Shown here in pieces: positions 1 through 11,401 of a DNA stretch of 64,000 nucleotides. The DNA lies in NCBI GenBank assembly GCA_963772725.1, contig CAVYYI010000003.1, positions 704,001 to 768,000 of the forward strand, given 5' to 3'. The translations under genes and the position numbers were made by a program. This DNA is from an uncultured Phycisphaerales bacterium. GTDB lineage: Bacteria; Planctomycetota; Phycisphaerae; Sedimentisphaerales; Anaerobacaceae. The notes beneath the pieces were generated by a model. That model was not told the DNA's origin. It did no database searches and saw only the letters and a list, made by a program, of their open reading frames with translations. Each line of letters begins with the position of its first letter. Positions within the stretch are counted from its first letter, which is position 1.

Positions 1-105
1 TTTCAATTTCGGATAACATCTGGATAATGCAGGGTTTAAGTTTTGCCATAAATATTGCCGTAAAATGGTTAAAAGATTGCCGCAAAATAGAATTGACATC
101 ACCCC

Positions 106-1333
106 CAGGGCAAACGCATCTAAATTTGTAGTACTTTCAGCAGATATTGCTCATCCCATCCAGCTTTGTGCTGTTTGGCTTTAATCCCGCGTTTCAAGGT
201 TTTTTCCTGTTTTAGCAGATTCAGGGCTATCCGACGCAACCGAGAAAAATTTTCTGCTCCGAAGTCTTTGCGAATACGGCAGTTGTCCTCGCCAAAGCTC
301 ACATCAAGACTCCAGTGCAGTTTATTTTCAACGCCCCAATGTTCTCGAATTATTTGCCCCATCGCTCTGGCGTCTTTTCCGGCAAGACTGCTTATAAAGT
401 AACGCCTTTCAACGGTGGTTTTATCGCTCTGAACTCTTTGCGATTCAACCGCTATCAGGCTCGACAAGCCCTGCCATTGTTTAAGGTCCTGCATCCATTG
501 GACATTCTCACTGCACCATATTTTCCGAGTCTCTACTCGGCCATGACCGCCATCGGTATCACAACTGTAATCACAACTGCCCCTATTGGCAATAGCATCG
601 TCCATAAACAATTTGACCTCTTCGTGCAATGTGCCATGATTACCTTTTAAACTGAAAACGTAGTCCCCGTTGCCGTCGATTATTTTTTCAGCTATCTTCT
701 TCTGACAACCCATTGCATCTATAGTTACCACAGAACCATCTAAAACCAGCATTTCAAGCAATTTTGGGATAGCGGTGATTTCATTGCTCTTGCCGTCCGT
801 AACGACCTGGCCAAAGACCATTTTATTCTCGCAAGCCCATGCACTAACCATGTGAATCGCCGCCTTGCGGTTGGCTGTATCAAACGATCTTCGCAGAGTT
901 TTGCCGTCAATCGCTATTATTTTTTCACCCGTGTTTTTAGCAAGAGCCTGTATCCATCTCTGAAAACGCTGCTCAAAATCATCCGGCTTTATCGAAGAAA
1001 CCACACGTGCAAAAGTGTCATGGGATGGTATGCCGTTGGGCAATTCCAAAAAACTCTCCAGCCACTGCTGTTTGCATTGGCCAAACAATTCAATTTCATT
1101 CCATCCTTCCGCTCCGCAGATGACCGCACAAATTGTGATAGCCAAAATATCTTCCAATTTGTGCAATTTTGTTCGCTCAACCCGGGGATCAGGCAGGTCT
1201 GAAAAATAATCCAGCAGTGTTTTGTCCATTCTAAACTCCTGTATAGCAATAATATAAGTTTCCATACAGAAGTTATCGGGCTATTCCAAGAACTAACCTG
1301 AATTAACAATAAAATTTAGATGCGTTTGCCCTG
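106..1333 (-). mobile_element. ISAs1-family insertion sequence
   Basis: 22-bp perfect terminal IRs CAGGGCAAACGCATCTAAATTT (106-127, 1312-1333); 10-bp target duplication ACATCACCCC (96-105, 1334-1343). Confidence 0.95.
120..1229 (-). CDS. ISAs1-family DDE transposase
   Basis: Motifs DPR...H, GIPSHDTF, IAIDGKTLR, KSNEITAIP, VTIDAMGCQ, HGRVETR, HWGVENKLHW; likely start MDKTLL. Confidence 0.95.
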   Translation of the reverse strand: MDKTLLDYFSDLPDPRVERTKLHKLEDILAITICAVICGAEGWNEIELFGQCKQQWLESFLELPNGIPSHDTFARVVSSIKPDDFEQRFQRWIQALAKNTGEKIIAIDGKTLRRSFDTANRKAAIHMVSAWACENKMVFGQVVTDGKSNEITAIPKLLEMLVLDGSVVTIDAMGCQKKIAEKIIDGNGDYVFSLKGNHGTLHEEVKLFMDDAIANRGSCDYSCDTDGGHGRVETRKIWCSENVQWMQDLKQWQGLSSLIAVESQRVQSDKTTVERRYFISSLAGKDARAMGQIIREHWGVENKLHWSLDVSFGEDNCRIRKDFGAENFSRLRRIALNLLKQEKTLKRGIKAKQHKAGWDEQYLLKVLQI

Positions 1334-1359
1334 ACATCACCCCCGCATTTTGCTATTAT
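1331..1359 (+). promoter_or_regulatory. sigma70-type promoter at the IS right junction
   Basis: CTGACA-17 bp-TATTAT with extended -10 TG; the pre-insertion allele would read TTGACA-17-TATTAT. Confidence 0.6.
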
Positions 1360-1668
1360 GATTAATGGTGTTCCAGCAAGCGGCGGCGCTGCTGCCGCAA
1401 AAGAAGAGGCGAGTGTGAACAGGAGATGAGAGTGGTACGAAAAAGACTGAATTATCCTTCCATCGGCCCTTCTGACTGATTAATTTGTGTTTTAAGCAGG
1501 CATAAATGTGCCTTAGCCTTAAAAATTTGTTTGAAATATGCAGACACAACTAATGAAAGCCGTTTGGTGTGTTGCCAAACGAAAAGATATGGTGTTTGGA
1601 TATTGAAGGCAGCAAGGTTTGGGCTTATGCCGAAGGAAATAGAGTCTCTTTTAGAAGAGGAGGTTCGT

Positions 1669-2724
1669 ATGAGTAAGAAATTTATTGTTTTAGCTTTGAT
1701 GCTGAGCTTAGTCAGTATCGCATCTGGTGCCAACCGGACTTGGACCAATGGTAACGCCGACCAAAAATGGGGCACCGCAACCAACTGGGACACAGTTGTT
1801 CCGCTTTCTGCGGATATCGTATATATCAATACTGCTACTGGGCCAGTTCTTGGCACAGGCGATACGGGAATCGGTGGAACGGTTAATGTCGCAGCTGCTA
1901 CAGGCACAACAGGCGCCCTGACTGTAAGCGGCGGCAGGCTGAACATATATGACAAGGTTCAGATTGGTGTTTCCAGCACCGGCTCACTTAATATGACCAG
2001 CGGAACAATTGATATAGCAAGGTATGACTTTTCTATTGCCGCTGGCAATGGTTCCACAGGTTCGATGACAATGAGCGATGGCGTTATCCACGTTGGAAGA
2101 AAATTTTACGTGGGCGGCTCCAGCGTGGCAGGCTCCGGTAATGCCTCATTTACCATGAGCGGCGGTTCAATCGGAATTGTTATGAGTGGAAGTACAATTA
2201 CACCATTAGACTTTGTGATGGCAAATAGTGCTGCTGCCGTATGCACTGGAGATATGAGCGGCGGTACGATAACTATTACGAATAACTTCAATGTTGCCAT
2301 GCTCGGCACTGGCACTTTCACTATGACAGGCGGCGTAATTAACATAATTAACGGCAAGGTGAGAACCAACAATAATGCCAGCAGTAACGGAACGCTGAAC
2401 CTCGATGGCGGCACTGTTTACGCCAATGGTGTCTACATTCGCGGACTTGACCCCTTATATCTGGGACAGTCCACAGGGTTAATCAACATAACCCAGGGCA
2501 AAATGGTTTTAAACGACCTTGATGGTTCAGTAAAGACCCTTGTTGAAGGTTATGTTACCGGTGGCGGCATAAAAGGCTATGGTTTTGCCGACCTCAGCCA
2601 TGTGCTTGTATCCTGGGATAATGTTGCTTTAAAGACAACAGTTACTGCTGTTCCGGAACCAGCAACGATAACGCTGCTTGGTCTTGCAGGGTTGGTCTTG
2701 ATTCGCAGGAGAAGACACGCCTAA
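1669..2724 (+). CDS. PEP-CTERM surface protein with G/T-rich beta-helical repeats
   Basis: GAGGAGG RBS, signal peptide MSKKFIVLALMLSLVSIASG, C-terminal VPEPATITLLGLAGLVLIRRRR. Confidence 0.9.
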   Translation: MSKKFIVLALMLSLVSIASGANRTWTNGNADQKWGTATNWDTVVPLSADIVYINTATGPVLGTGDTGIGGTVNVAAATGTTGALTVSGGRLNIYDKVQIGVSSTGSLNMTSGTIDIARYDFSIAAGNGSTGSMTMSDGVIHVGRKFYVGGSSVAGSGNASFTMSGGSIGIVMSGSTITPLDFVMANSAAAVCTGDMSGGTITITNNFNVAMLGTGTFTMTGGVINIINGKVRTNNNASSNGTLNLDGGTVYANGVYIRGLDPLYLGQSTGLINITQGKMVLNDLDGSVKTLVEGYVTGGGIKGYGFADLSHVLVSWDNVALKTTVTAVPEPATITLLGLAGLVLIRRRRHA

Positions 2725-2772
2725 TTGTTAAGGAATAAATCCTGATTAGAAGTGTGTGAATTTGTTTGACAT

Positions 2773-2809
2773 AGGCCTGTACCGTATAATGCGGTACAGG
2801 CCTTTTTTT
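2773..2809 (+). terminator. Rho-independent terminator
   Basis: AGGCCTGTACCG-loop-CGGTACAGGCCT followed by a T-run. Confidence 0.85.
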
Positions 2810-3031
2810 ATTCCTGCGAAACTCCTGCGTAAATTACATCAGTAACGTATATGTTTCAAAGTGCTGATTTTAAGCCCTGAACAGAAAAAATTAAAACGCT
2901 CCAATACTGACGCAAGTTAGCCTTGTTTTAACAAAGCCAAAATGATATTATTCATACAGAAATTACTTTCTGATGGAAAAATACCGGATTTTTCAGGCAG
3001 AAGTGGTATAAACACCGGAAGGAGAATAATT

Positions 3032-4270
3032 ATGATAAAACCTGTCCATGCTTCAATCTTGATGGCCTTGACGATGACAACCGTGTCAGTGCGTGCGGCG
3101 GATTTGTCGCACGTTCCGCAGATTAACGAGACAGAAGAACGACGCGATGCACGCGGTGCCGATTCGGTGGAGCACTCAGGTAAACGAAATCTCCCGGCGG
3201 AGGAAAAGCTTAGTTTCGCGGTCGAGGATCAGGAACTTATCAGGATTCATGGCCGTCTCGCGGATATCCGCAACAAGGGGCCGAATCCGTATCTCAAGGG
3301 ATTTCCTTCTCCGAAGCCGTTCAACGAGAAATATAAAATCCCGCTGGTGAAAAATGCGGAAGGGCTCTTGATCAAGGCGGAAAGCGAATACGCCAACAAC
3401 GATGCCGCGATCGCCAAATGGTTCGAGTCCAACTGGGTTCCGGCCGTCCGTAAAACGCTGCAATTGGGGGAGGAGGAAATCGGCAAGCTCCGAATTGCCG
3501 CCCGTCCCTCCGAGGAGCGGCTGAACGTTTATGAGAACATCGTTTACAACCGGCTCGGGCAAAGGGGGTTGGTTCTCGATATATACACCCCGAAAACAAA
3601 GCCCGCGCATCTTCTGCCCGTAGTCATTTTCGTTCACGGAGGTGGTTGGCTTGACGGAAGCCACCGCACCAATCGCCCCGTGGCCATGAGCCTGGCCGAG
3701 AAGGGTTTTGCGGGCATTGCTGTCGAGTATCGCCTCGGACGGGAAGCCCGCTTCCCCGCCGCTGTCTGGGATGTGAAGGCCGCTGTGCGGTGGGTCAGGA
3801 AGAATGCGGCAAAATACGGCCTTAATTCCTCCTTTATAATCGTGGCGGGCGGTTCCGCGGGTGGCAACATTGCTGGTCTGGTCGGCGTTACTAACGGCGA
3901 CCTACGTTTTGAGGGAGACGGTGAACACCGCGAATTCTCCAGTGATGTTCATGGTGTCATCTCGCTCGATGGCGCAATTGGAGAGGTCTCTGGAAATTGG
4001 GCAAGTTACCCCGACAAGGATCCATGGCTGTACAATGAGGCCGTTCCGCTTTTCCACATGATCCAGCGGAATCGCTGTCTGCCGCTTCTGTTTGTGAAGG
4101 GAGGACAGCCCTTGTCGGTGTGGATCAAAGCCAACATCGCCGAAAACCACTCCAGCCATGTACATTTCCGCTGGCCTCACGGTTTTGAGTGCTTTGACCC
4201 CTCCAAGGATGAGCTGGTTGATGTGCTCGCCGAATATCTCAATGCTCGTGTGGTCAGCCAAGGCAAGTAA
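3032..4270 (+). CDS. secreted alpha/beta-hydrolase (esterase)
   Basis: LDIYTP, VIFVHGGGW, EYRL, GGSAGG nucleophile elbow, HGF; signal peptide. Confidence 0.85.
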   Translation: MIKPVHASILMALTMTTVSVRAADLSHVPQINETEERRDARGADSVEHSGKRNLPAEEKLSFAVEDQELIRIHGRLADIRNKGPNPYLKGFPSPKPFNEKYKIPLVKNAEGLLIKAESEYANNDAAIAKWFESNWVPAVRKTLQLGEEEIGKLRIAARPSEERLNVYENIVYNRLGQRGLVLDIYTPKTKPAHLLPVVIFVHGGGWLDGSHRTNRPVAMSLAEKGFAGIAVEYRLGREARFPAAVWDVKAAVRWVRKNAAKYGLNSSFIIVAGGSAGGNIAGLVGVTNGDLRFEGDGEHREFSSDVHGVISLDGAIGEVSGNWASYPDKDPWLYNEAVPLFHMIQRNRCLPLLFVKGGQPLSVWIKANIAENHSSHVHFRWPHGFECFDPSKDELVDVLAEYLNARVVSQGK

Positions 4271-4298
4271 ATCAAAGAAAAACTGAAAGTGAGGTAAT

Positions 4299-5404
4299 AT
4301 GGTGAATGTGAGCAAATGGGTTCTAATTGGGTTGTCTGTGGCATGCGCCATGGGCGTCTTCATGTCTGCGGGAGCGGCACCATCGCCAGCTTCGGCCAGT
4401 TTGGTGGCGAGAGCCTCAAGCATCGCGGGCACTAATTACAGCGCCGAAAAGGCGGTCGATCCGATTGCCGCCTGGCAAGAGACTACTCGTGTCTCTGACA
4501 GCAAGACTCATGGTGTGCCATCGTTGTGGGCTGGATGCCCAGGCTTAACGCAAACACCACGGTGGTAATTTTGGACTGCAATGGACCCGGCGTAATTACC
4601 ATGATTCATGCCAGCGCTTTGGGTAAGCGTTCCAAGGAATCCCCGCAAGGGATATGCTTCGATTCCAAGGAATCGCAAGGGGTGATGATTCGCGTATTTT
4701 ATGATGGGGAATCCAAGCCGTCCATTAATCTGCCGTTTATGGATTTCCTGGGCGATATCCAATGTCAGAGCGTGTATTTCAACACCGTCTATTTTTCGAA
4801 GGTGAATGAGTCGCACAATTTTCGGCTCCCGATGCCGTTTCGAAAACACATCAAAATTGAATTAGAAAATCCCTCCGAGACAGGACTCAAGGGCTACGTG
4901 GATATCCAATACGAAAAGGTTGCAAGCCTCCCGGACAACACAGCCTATTTGTTTGCCGATTTCCGTGAGGGGACAATCAACGCGCAGGAACCCACCGTGC
5001 TGTTTGAAATCAACCAGCGGGCGAAGATCGTGGCCCACTGGCTCCAGTACGAGTCAGCGGTCAGTCGCCTTGGCGAAACCCTCTGCGAAGGCGATCAGTT
5101 GCTTTATCTGGATGGTGACACGACACCGACACTGAACTACATGGGCACAGAGGACGTTTACGGATACTCATGGGGTTTCAGGGCAGTCCAGTCGGACAAC
5201 TGGTTGGCTATTATACGGCTGGAGGCTCTCAAACCAACTGGGTCGCGAGTTGCCATGTTGCGCTGCCGGACGACGGACGCAATCTCGTTCCAGAAATCCT
5301 GCAAATGGATCCTGACTTGGGCCACTGATCCCGGACCTCAAAAAAAGTTGGGTGAAATCCCAATCCCTTATCGCCATTGTGTATATTTCTATTTGCCCCG
5401 GTAG
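4299..5404 (+). CDS. DUF2961 (GH172-like) secreted protein, frameshifted near 4530
   Basis: GPGVITMIH, IRVFYDGE..PS, MPFRK, EGD...LDG, GTEDVYG.SWGF; the signal peptide lies in the upstream frame (4299-4568). Confidence 0.75.
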
Positions 5405-5443
5405 CAAAAGAGTCTGTTGAGTAAAAACTGAAAGTGAGGTAAT

Positions 5444-7262
5444 ATGATGAATGTGAGCAAATGGGTTCTAATTGGGTTGTCTATGGCATGCGCCGTGGGT
5501 ACCTTCATGTCTGCGGAAGCGACACCATCGCCGGCTTCGGCCAGTTTGATGGCAAAAGCCTCAAGCAGCGCGGGCACCAATTACGGCGCCGAAAAAGCGA
5601 TTGATGGGGATGAGTCCACCTGCTGGTCCCCGTCACAAGAGGAATGGCTGGCGAGAAAGCCGATGTGGCTGGAAGTGGACCTGGGCCAAGAGCGGGAGAT
5701 CGGCCATGCGTTCATCACGGAACTGGCCGGCGGCAGCTATCCCCATATCCAGAACTTCCGCATTGAATACAAACAGGGTGATGCGTGGAAGTGCGTCTAC
5801 GAGGGCGCGGAGATTTTCGGACGGCGGGTTTATGATTTCAAGCCCGTAAAGGCACGCGTGTTCCGGATGACTTTCACCAAGGTTCTGCGATATCCTCAAA
5901 AAATCAATGAGTTTCATCTGTATGCGCCTGGAAAGCTGCCGGAGGCGGCGCTGGAGGCCAAGCGCCACGAGGCGGAAACGGCCAAGCGCCTCGAGTGGTT
6001 CAAGGCCGCCAAATTCGGGATGATGATCCATTGGGGGCCTTATGCCGTGGCTGGCGGCGAATGGGACGGCAAACCGGTGAAGGGCATCGGTGAGTGGATT
6101 ATGCGGCGCGCCAATGATGACAAAGGCATTCCCCTCAAGGAATACGAGAAAATGGCCGCGCAGTTTAACCCGACCAAGTTCAATGCCGATGAGTGGGTCC
6201 AGTTGGCGGTGGATGCGGGCATGAAATACATCGTGATCACCTCCAAGCATCACGACGGGTTCGCGATGTTTCACTCCTCGGTGGATAAGTATAACATTTT
6301 CGATTACACCCCATGGAAACGCGATCCAATGAAGGAGTTGGCGGAAGCCTGCGATAAGAAAGGCATTAAGCTGGGATTTTATTACTCACAATCCCAGGAT
6401 TGGCATCATCCTTACGGCGCGGGCAATGCGTTGGATTACCCGCCAAGCAATAAATCAATTGAGGATTTCTCAAAGTATCTTAGCGAAAAAGCATTGCCCC
6501 AGGTTCGGGAACTTCTGACCAACTACGGCCCTGTTGCCTTGATATGGTTCGACACGCCCAAGAACCTACCCGCCGAGTGGGCCGGCAGATTCCACGACAC
6601 CATCCGTTCCCTTCAGCCTGAAACGCTGATCAATAGCCGCCTTGGTCCGGGGGGCTATCAGGATTACCTGTCGCGAAATGATAATGACATACCGCCCACG
6701 CTCATTCCGGGCACATGGGAGACCCCCGCGACGCTTAACCATACCTGGGGATACAAAAAAAACGATAATAACTGGAAATCCCCAGATGACATTCTGTTCA
6801 AGCTCGTGGACATCACCAGCAAGGGAGGAAACTATCTTTTGAATGTCGGGCCAGATGCCGAGGGCGTTATCCCTCAAGCCAGCCAAGACAATTTGAGGAA
6901 AATTGGTGCCTGGCTCAAGGTCAACGGCGAGGCAGTTTATGGCACGGGTTACACGCCGTTTGGCGATGAACTCGGCAGTTATGATCCTGTGAAAAAGGAT
7001 AAGGCAGGCTTCCCTGTTTTCAATGCCAAGACCGCATGGCGCTGTACAACGAAGCCCGGCAAACTTTACATCCACATCTTCCAATGGCCCGGCGCAAAAT
7101 TTGAACTTTCCGATATCAAAGATAAAGTGGCAAAAGCTTACTTTCTAAACGACCGTACCAAGCTATTGAGCTTCTCGCAGGAAGCCGACAAGCTTATTGT
7201 CCAGCTTCCGGCGACAGCACCGGACCCTATGGCTTCGGTACTATGTCTGGAGGTGTCGAGGT
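5444..7262 (+). CDS. GH29 alpha-L-fucosidase with N-terminal F5/8 (CBM32-like) domain; reads through into downstream sequence
   Basis: WFKAAKFGMMIHWG, TSKHHDGF, IWFD, GGNYLLNVGP, WLKVNGEAVY; homology with the paralogue ends at CLEV (~7257) and the ORF runs to 7507. Confidence 0.9.
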
Positions 7263-8872
7263 GGATGTCTGTATCTACGGCGGCACGGCGAGCGGCATTT
7301 GCGCGGGATTGGCGGCGAGCCGGCGCGGGCAAAGCGTTATCATCATCGAGCCGTTTCGTCATTTGGGCGGTATGCATGGCGGCGGCATTCGCATCCAGCA
7401 GGATTGCCTCTATCTTCGCGATATCGGCGGTATTGCCCGTGAGCTTCACGATGCCGACCGTGCACTGCCGGGAGGAGGTAGCGCCAATCAGTGGCAGGTG
7501 CGCCTGATGATCAAGAAAAAGGTTGAGGACGCCGGGATCAGGTTTATCACGGAGCACCGGCTGGACGAGAAGTCTGATGTTGTGAAAGACGGCACCCGAA
7601 TCAGCATGATCCATCTCAACTATGCGCCGGTCATGGAGGAAGGAGTGCCAGCGCCGAAACCGGCCAAACGCCGGGTCTTCTCTGTCAAAGCCAAGGTGTT
7701 CATTGACGCCAGCTATGAAGGCGATCTGATGGCGTTCGCCGGGTGCGATTATGCGCTGGGACGGGAATCAACCGATCAGTACGGCGAATCGCTTGCCGGC
7801 CAGGGCCGCCTTCGGCACTTTGATGTCGATCCCTATGTGGTTCCTGGCGATCCGTCGTCGGGGTTGCTGCCCATGATCAGTAATGAACCCTACGAGCCCG
7901 GCAAGGCCTCCCGGTACATCCTGACCTACAACTTCCGTTTACAGGGCATTCGGAATGGCGGGGGAGATGAGCCGAATTGCACTTTCATGAAACCGCTGGG
8001 ACGGGAGATTGATGCCAAGCGATATGAACTGGTGAGCCGCGGCCTAAAAAGCAACCACCGCAAAGGCAAGATCGGATGGCCACAAGCGAACTACGCGCGA
8101 AAGGCCATGGTTTCGAGCGGCCCGCCGGGTCGCCAGGCGGATTACCCGGATGGCGACTGGTCCGTGCGCAGCGCGGTATGGCGCGACTGGATCGACCATG
8201 TCAAGACGATGAATATTCTCTGCGGGATGACGAACGCGGTCCTTCCCAAGGGTCAATATCCCGACAACAACGACTTTCCCGATCAGCTTTATATACGGAT
8301 GAGCCGCCGAATGATCGGCGAGTATATCATGACGCAGCATGATCTCATGCACCAGACGGTGATCAATGATTCCATCGGATTGGCTTATTATGCCGTCGAT
8401 ATTTATCCGCCGCGTCTGATTGCGCACGACGGAAAGGTTGCCTCGGAGGGCGAGTTGTTTGTCCGCGTGAGTCCAGGGCCCGTACAAGATCTCCTACCGT
8501 GCATTGGTTCCCAGAAAAAGTCAATGCAGCAACCTGCTGGTTCCTGTCTGCATGTCGGCGTCGCATGTCGCCATGGCATCCATCCGAATGGAATCATCCT
8601 ATGTTGTTATGGGTGAAGCAGCGGGCATTGCGGCAAGCCATGCAGTCAAGTCCGGCAAGAATGTCCAGGACGTTGACGGCGAAGCTATGCGGGCGGATAT
8701 GAAGTCTTCAGGTGTTAAGATGGAGTGGAACGGGAAAGGTTATGGTCCTGGCAGCGGGAAACACTGGCCGGCAGATGCCATCTATTGGAGGCTCAATCCG
8801 GATGACTACAAGAAAATTCCCATCCGGCTTGATCCTGGTTGGACCGCAGAATCATCCGACGAGAAGGAATAG
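7243..8872 (+). CDS. FAD-dependent oxidoreductase, frameshifted ~8485
   Basis: DVCIYGGTASG dinucleotide fold, FIDASYEGDLMA, NLLVPVCMSASHVA.ASIRME..VMGEAAGIAA. Confidence 0.85.
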
Positions 8873-8954
8873 AAACCCGATTGCAGCTAAAAAAGTGAGT
8901 TCGGTATGAACATAAAATTCCTTCGATGGGAGAATTCAATCAAAATCGTCAGCG

Positions 8955-9319
8955 AAATCGGGGCGTGGCTGAAGGTCAACGGCGAGGCTATCTATGAGGC
9001 TGGCTGTACGCCATTTGGCGATGAAGTCGGCAGTTTCGATCCCGTCAAAAAGGATAAGGCAGGCTATCCGGCTTTCAATGCCAAGACCGCGTGGCGCTGC
9101 ACAACGAAGCCCGGCAGACTTTACATTCACATTTTCCAATGGCCCGGTACGAAATTTGAACTTTCCGATATTAAAGATAAGGTGGCAAAAGCTTACTTTC
9201 TAAACGACCGGGCCAGGCCGGTGAACTTCTCGCAGGAAGCCGACAAGCTTGTGGTCCAGCTTCCGGCGACAGCACCCGACCCCATAGCTTCGGTACTATG
9301 TCTGGAGGTGCCGAGATGA
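8955..9319 (+). pseudogene. duplicated 3' end of a GH29 fucosidase gene
   Basis: EIGAWLKVNGEAIY...CLEVPR* closely matches 6900-7257 and 10887-11251; no catalytic domain. Confidence 0.85.
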
Positions 9320-9407
9320 GACGGCAAAGGCAAACGGTTGCGTCCCTTCGCCATTCCTGGAAATCAGTAAATATTAAAGAAATAAAGATAATAATGGAGT
9401 TATTAAG

Positions 9408-11251
9408 ATGAAAAATAAAACAAGTAACAGCGTAACGGCATCGCTGCCGTTGAAACTCGCTTTGACTATCCTGCTGCTGGCGCCGATTGTATCGCTTCAC
9501 GCTGGCAAGGCAGAGTCGCAATCGTCCGCTTTGCCAACGGCAAAAGCCTCAAGCAGCGCGGGCACCAATTACGGCGCCGAAAAAGCGATTGATGGGGATG
9601 AGTCCACCTGCTGGTCCCCGTCACAAGAGGAATGGCTGGCGAGAAAGCCGATGTGGCTGGAAGTGGACCTGGGCCAAGAGCGGGAGATCGGCCATGCGTT
9701 CATCACGGAACTGGCCGGCGGCAGCTATCCCCATATCCAGAACTTCCGCATTGAATACAAACAGGGTGATGCGTGGAAGTGCGTCTACGAGGCGCGGAGA
9801 TTTTCGGACGGCGGGTTTATGATTTCAAGCCCGTAAAGGCACGCGTGTTCCGGATGACTTTCACCAAGGTTCTGCGATATCCTCAAAAAATCAATGAGTT
9901 TCATCTGTATGCGCCCGGAAATCTGCCGGAGGCGGCGCAGGAAGCCAAGCGTCAGGATGCGGAAACCGCCCGGCGTCTGGAGTGGTTCCGGGATGCGAAA
10001 TTCGGGATGTTCATCCACTGGGGGCTATACGCCAAAGCTGCCGGCGAATGGAACGGCAAACCAGTGCGAGGCCTCGGTGAGTGGATTATGCGCCGCGCCA
10101 ATGATGACAAAGGCGTTCCAGTCAAGGAATACGAGAAAATGGTCGCGCAGTTCAATCCTACCAAGTTCAATGCCGATGAGTGGGTCCAGTTGGCGGCGGA
10201 TGCGGGCATGAAATACATTGTCGCCATGCCCAAGCACCACGATGGATTCGCGATGTTTCACTCCTCTGTGGATAAGTACAACATTTTCGATTACACCCCA
10301 TGGAAACGCGATCCAATGAAGGAGTTGGCGGAGGCCTGCGCTAAGAAAGGCATTAAGCTGGGATTTTATTACTCACAATCCCAGGATTGGCATCATCCTT
10401 ACGGCGCGGGCAATGCGTTGGATTACCCGCCAAGCAATAAATCAATTGAGGATTTCTCAAAGTATCTTAGCGAAAAAGCATTGCCCCAGGTTCGGGAACT
10501 TCTGACCAACTACGGCCCTGTCGCCTTGCTCTGGTTCGATACGCCGAAGAATATTCCGATTGAATGGACAAAGAAATTCAGTGATATGGTTCGGTCAATT
10601 CAGCCTAATACACTTATTAATAGCCGCCTCGGGCCGGGGGGTTATCAGGATTACCTGTCGCGAAATGATAATGACATACCGCCCACGCTCATCCCAAGCG
10701 CGTGGGAGACCGCCGCCACAATGAATCACACATGGGGATACAAAAAAAACGATAATAACTGGAAATCCCCAGATGACATTCTGTTCAAGCTCGTGGACAT
10801 CGTAAGCAAAGGAGGCAACTACCTTCTGAACGTTGGGCCCGACAGCAACGGTGTGATTCCGCAACCAAGTCAGGATATCCTGCGAAAAGTTGGCTCCTGG
10901 CTCAAGGTTAACGGTGAGGCTATCTATGGTGCTGGCTGTACGCCATTTGGCGATGAACTCGGCAGTTATGATCCTGTGAAAAAGGATAAGGCAGGCTTCC
11001 CTGTTTTCAATGCCAAGACCGCATGGCGCTGTACAACGAAGCTCGGCAAACTTTACATCCACATCTTCCAATGGCCCGGCGCAAAATTTGAACTTTCCGA
11101 TATCAAAGATAAAGTGGCAAAAGCTTACTTTCTAAACGACCGTACCAAGCTATTGAGCTTCTCGCAGGAAGCCGACAAGCTTATTGTCCAGCTTCCGGCG
11201 ACAGCACCGGACCCTATGGCTTCGGTACTATGTCTGGAGGTGCCGAGATGA
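9408..11251 (+). CDS. GH29 alpha-L-fucosidase with F5/8 domain (paralogue of 5444), frameshift ~9791
   Basis: Same motifs as the 5444 gene; one G missing relative to 5801-5806. Confidence 0.9.
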
Positions 11252-11401
11252 GACGGCAAAGGCAAACGGTTGCGTCCCTTCGCCATTCCTGGAAATCAGT
11301 AACTATTAAAAAAAATAATGGTAGTAATGGAGACACTAAGATGAAAATCAAAACAAGAAACAGTGTAACGGCATCGCTGCCGTTGAAAGGAGCGTATTGA
11401 A

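Noticed and set aside
2766..2790. TTGACA...TATAAT promoter
   Set aside because: Spacer is only 13 bp and TATAAT is the loop of the terminator hairpin
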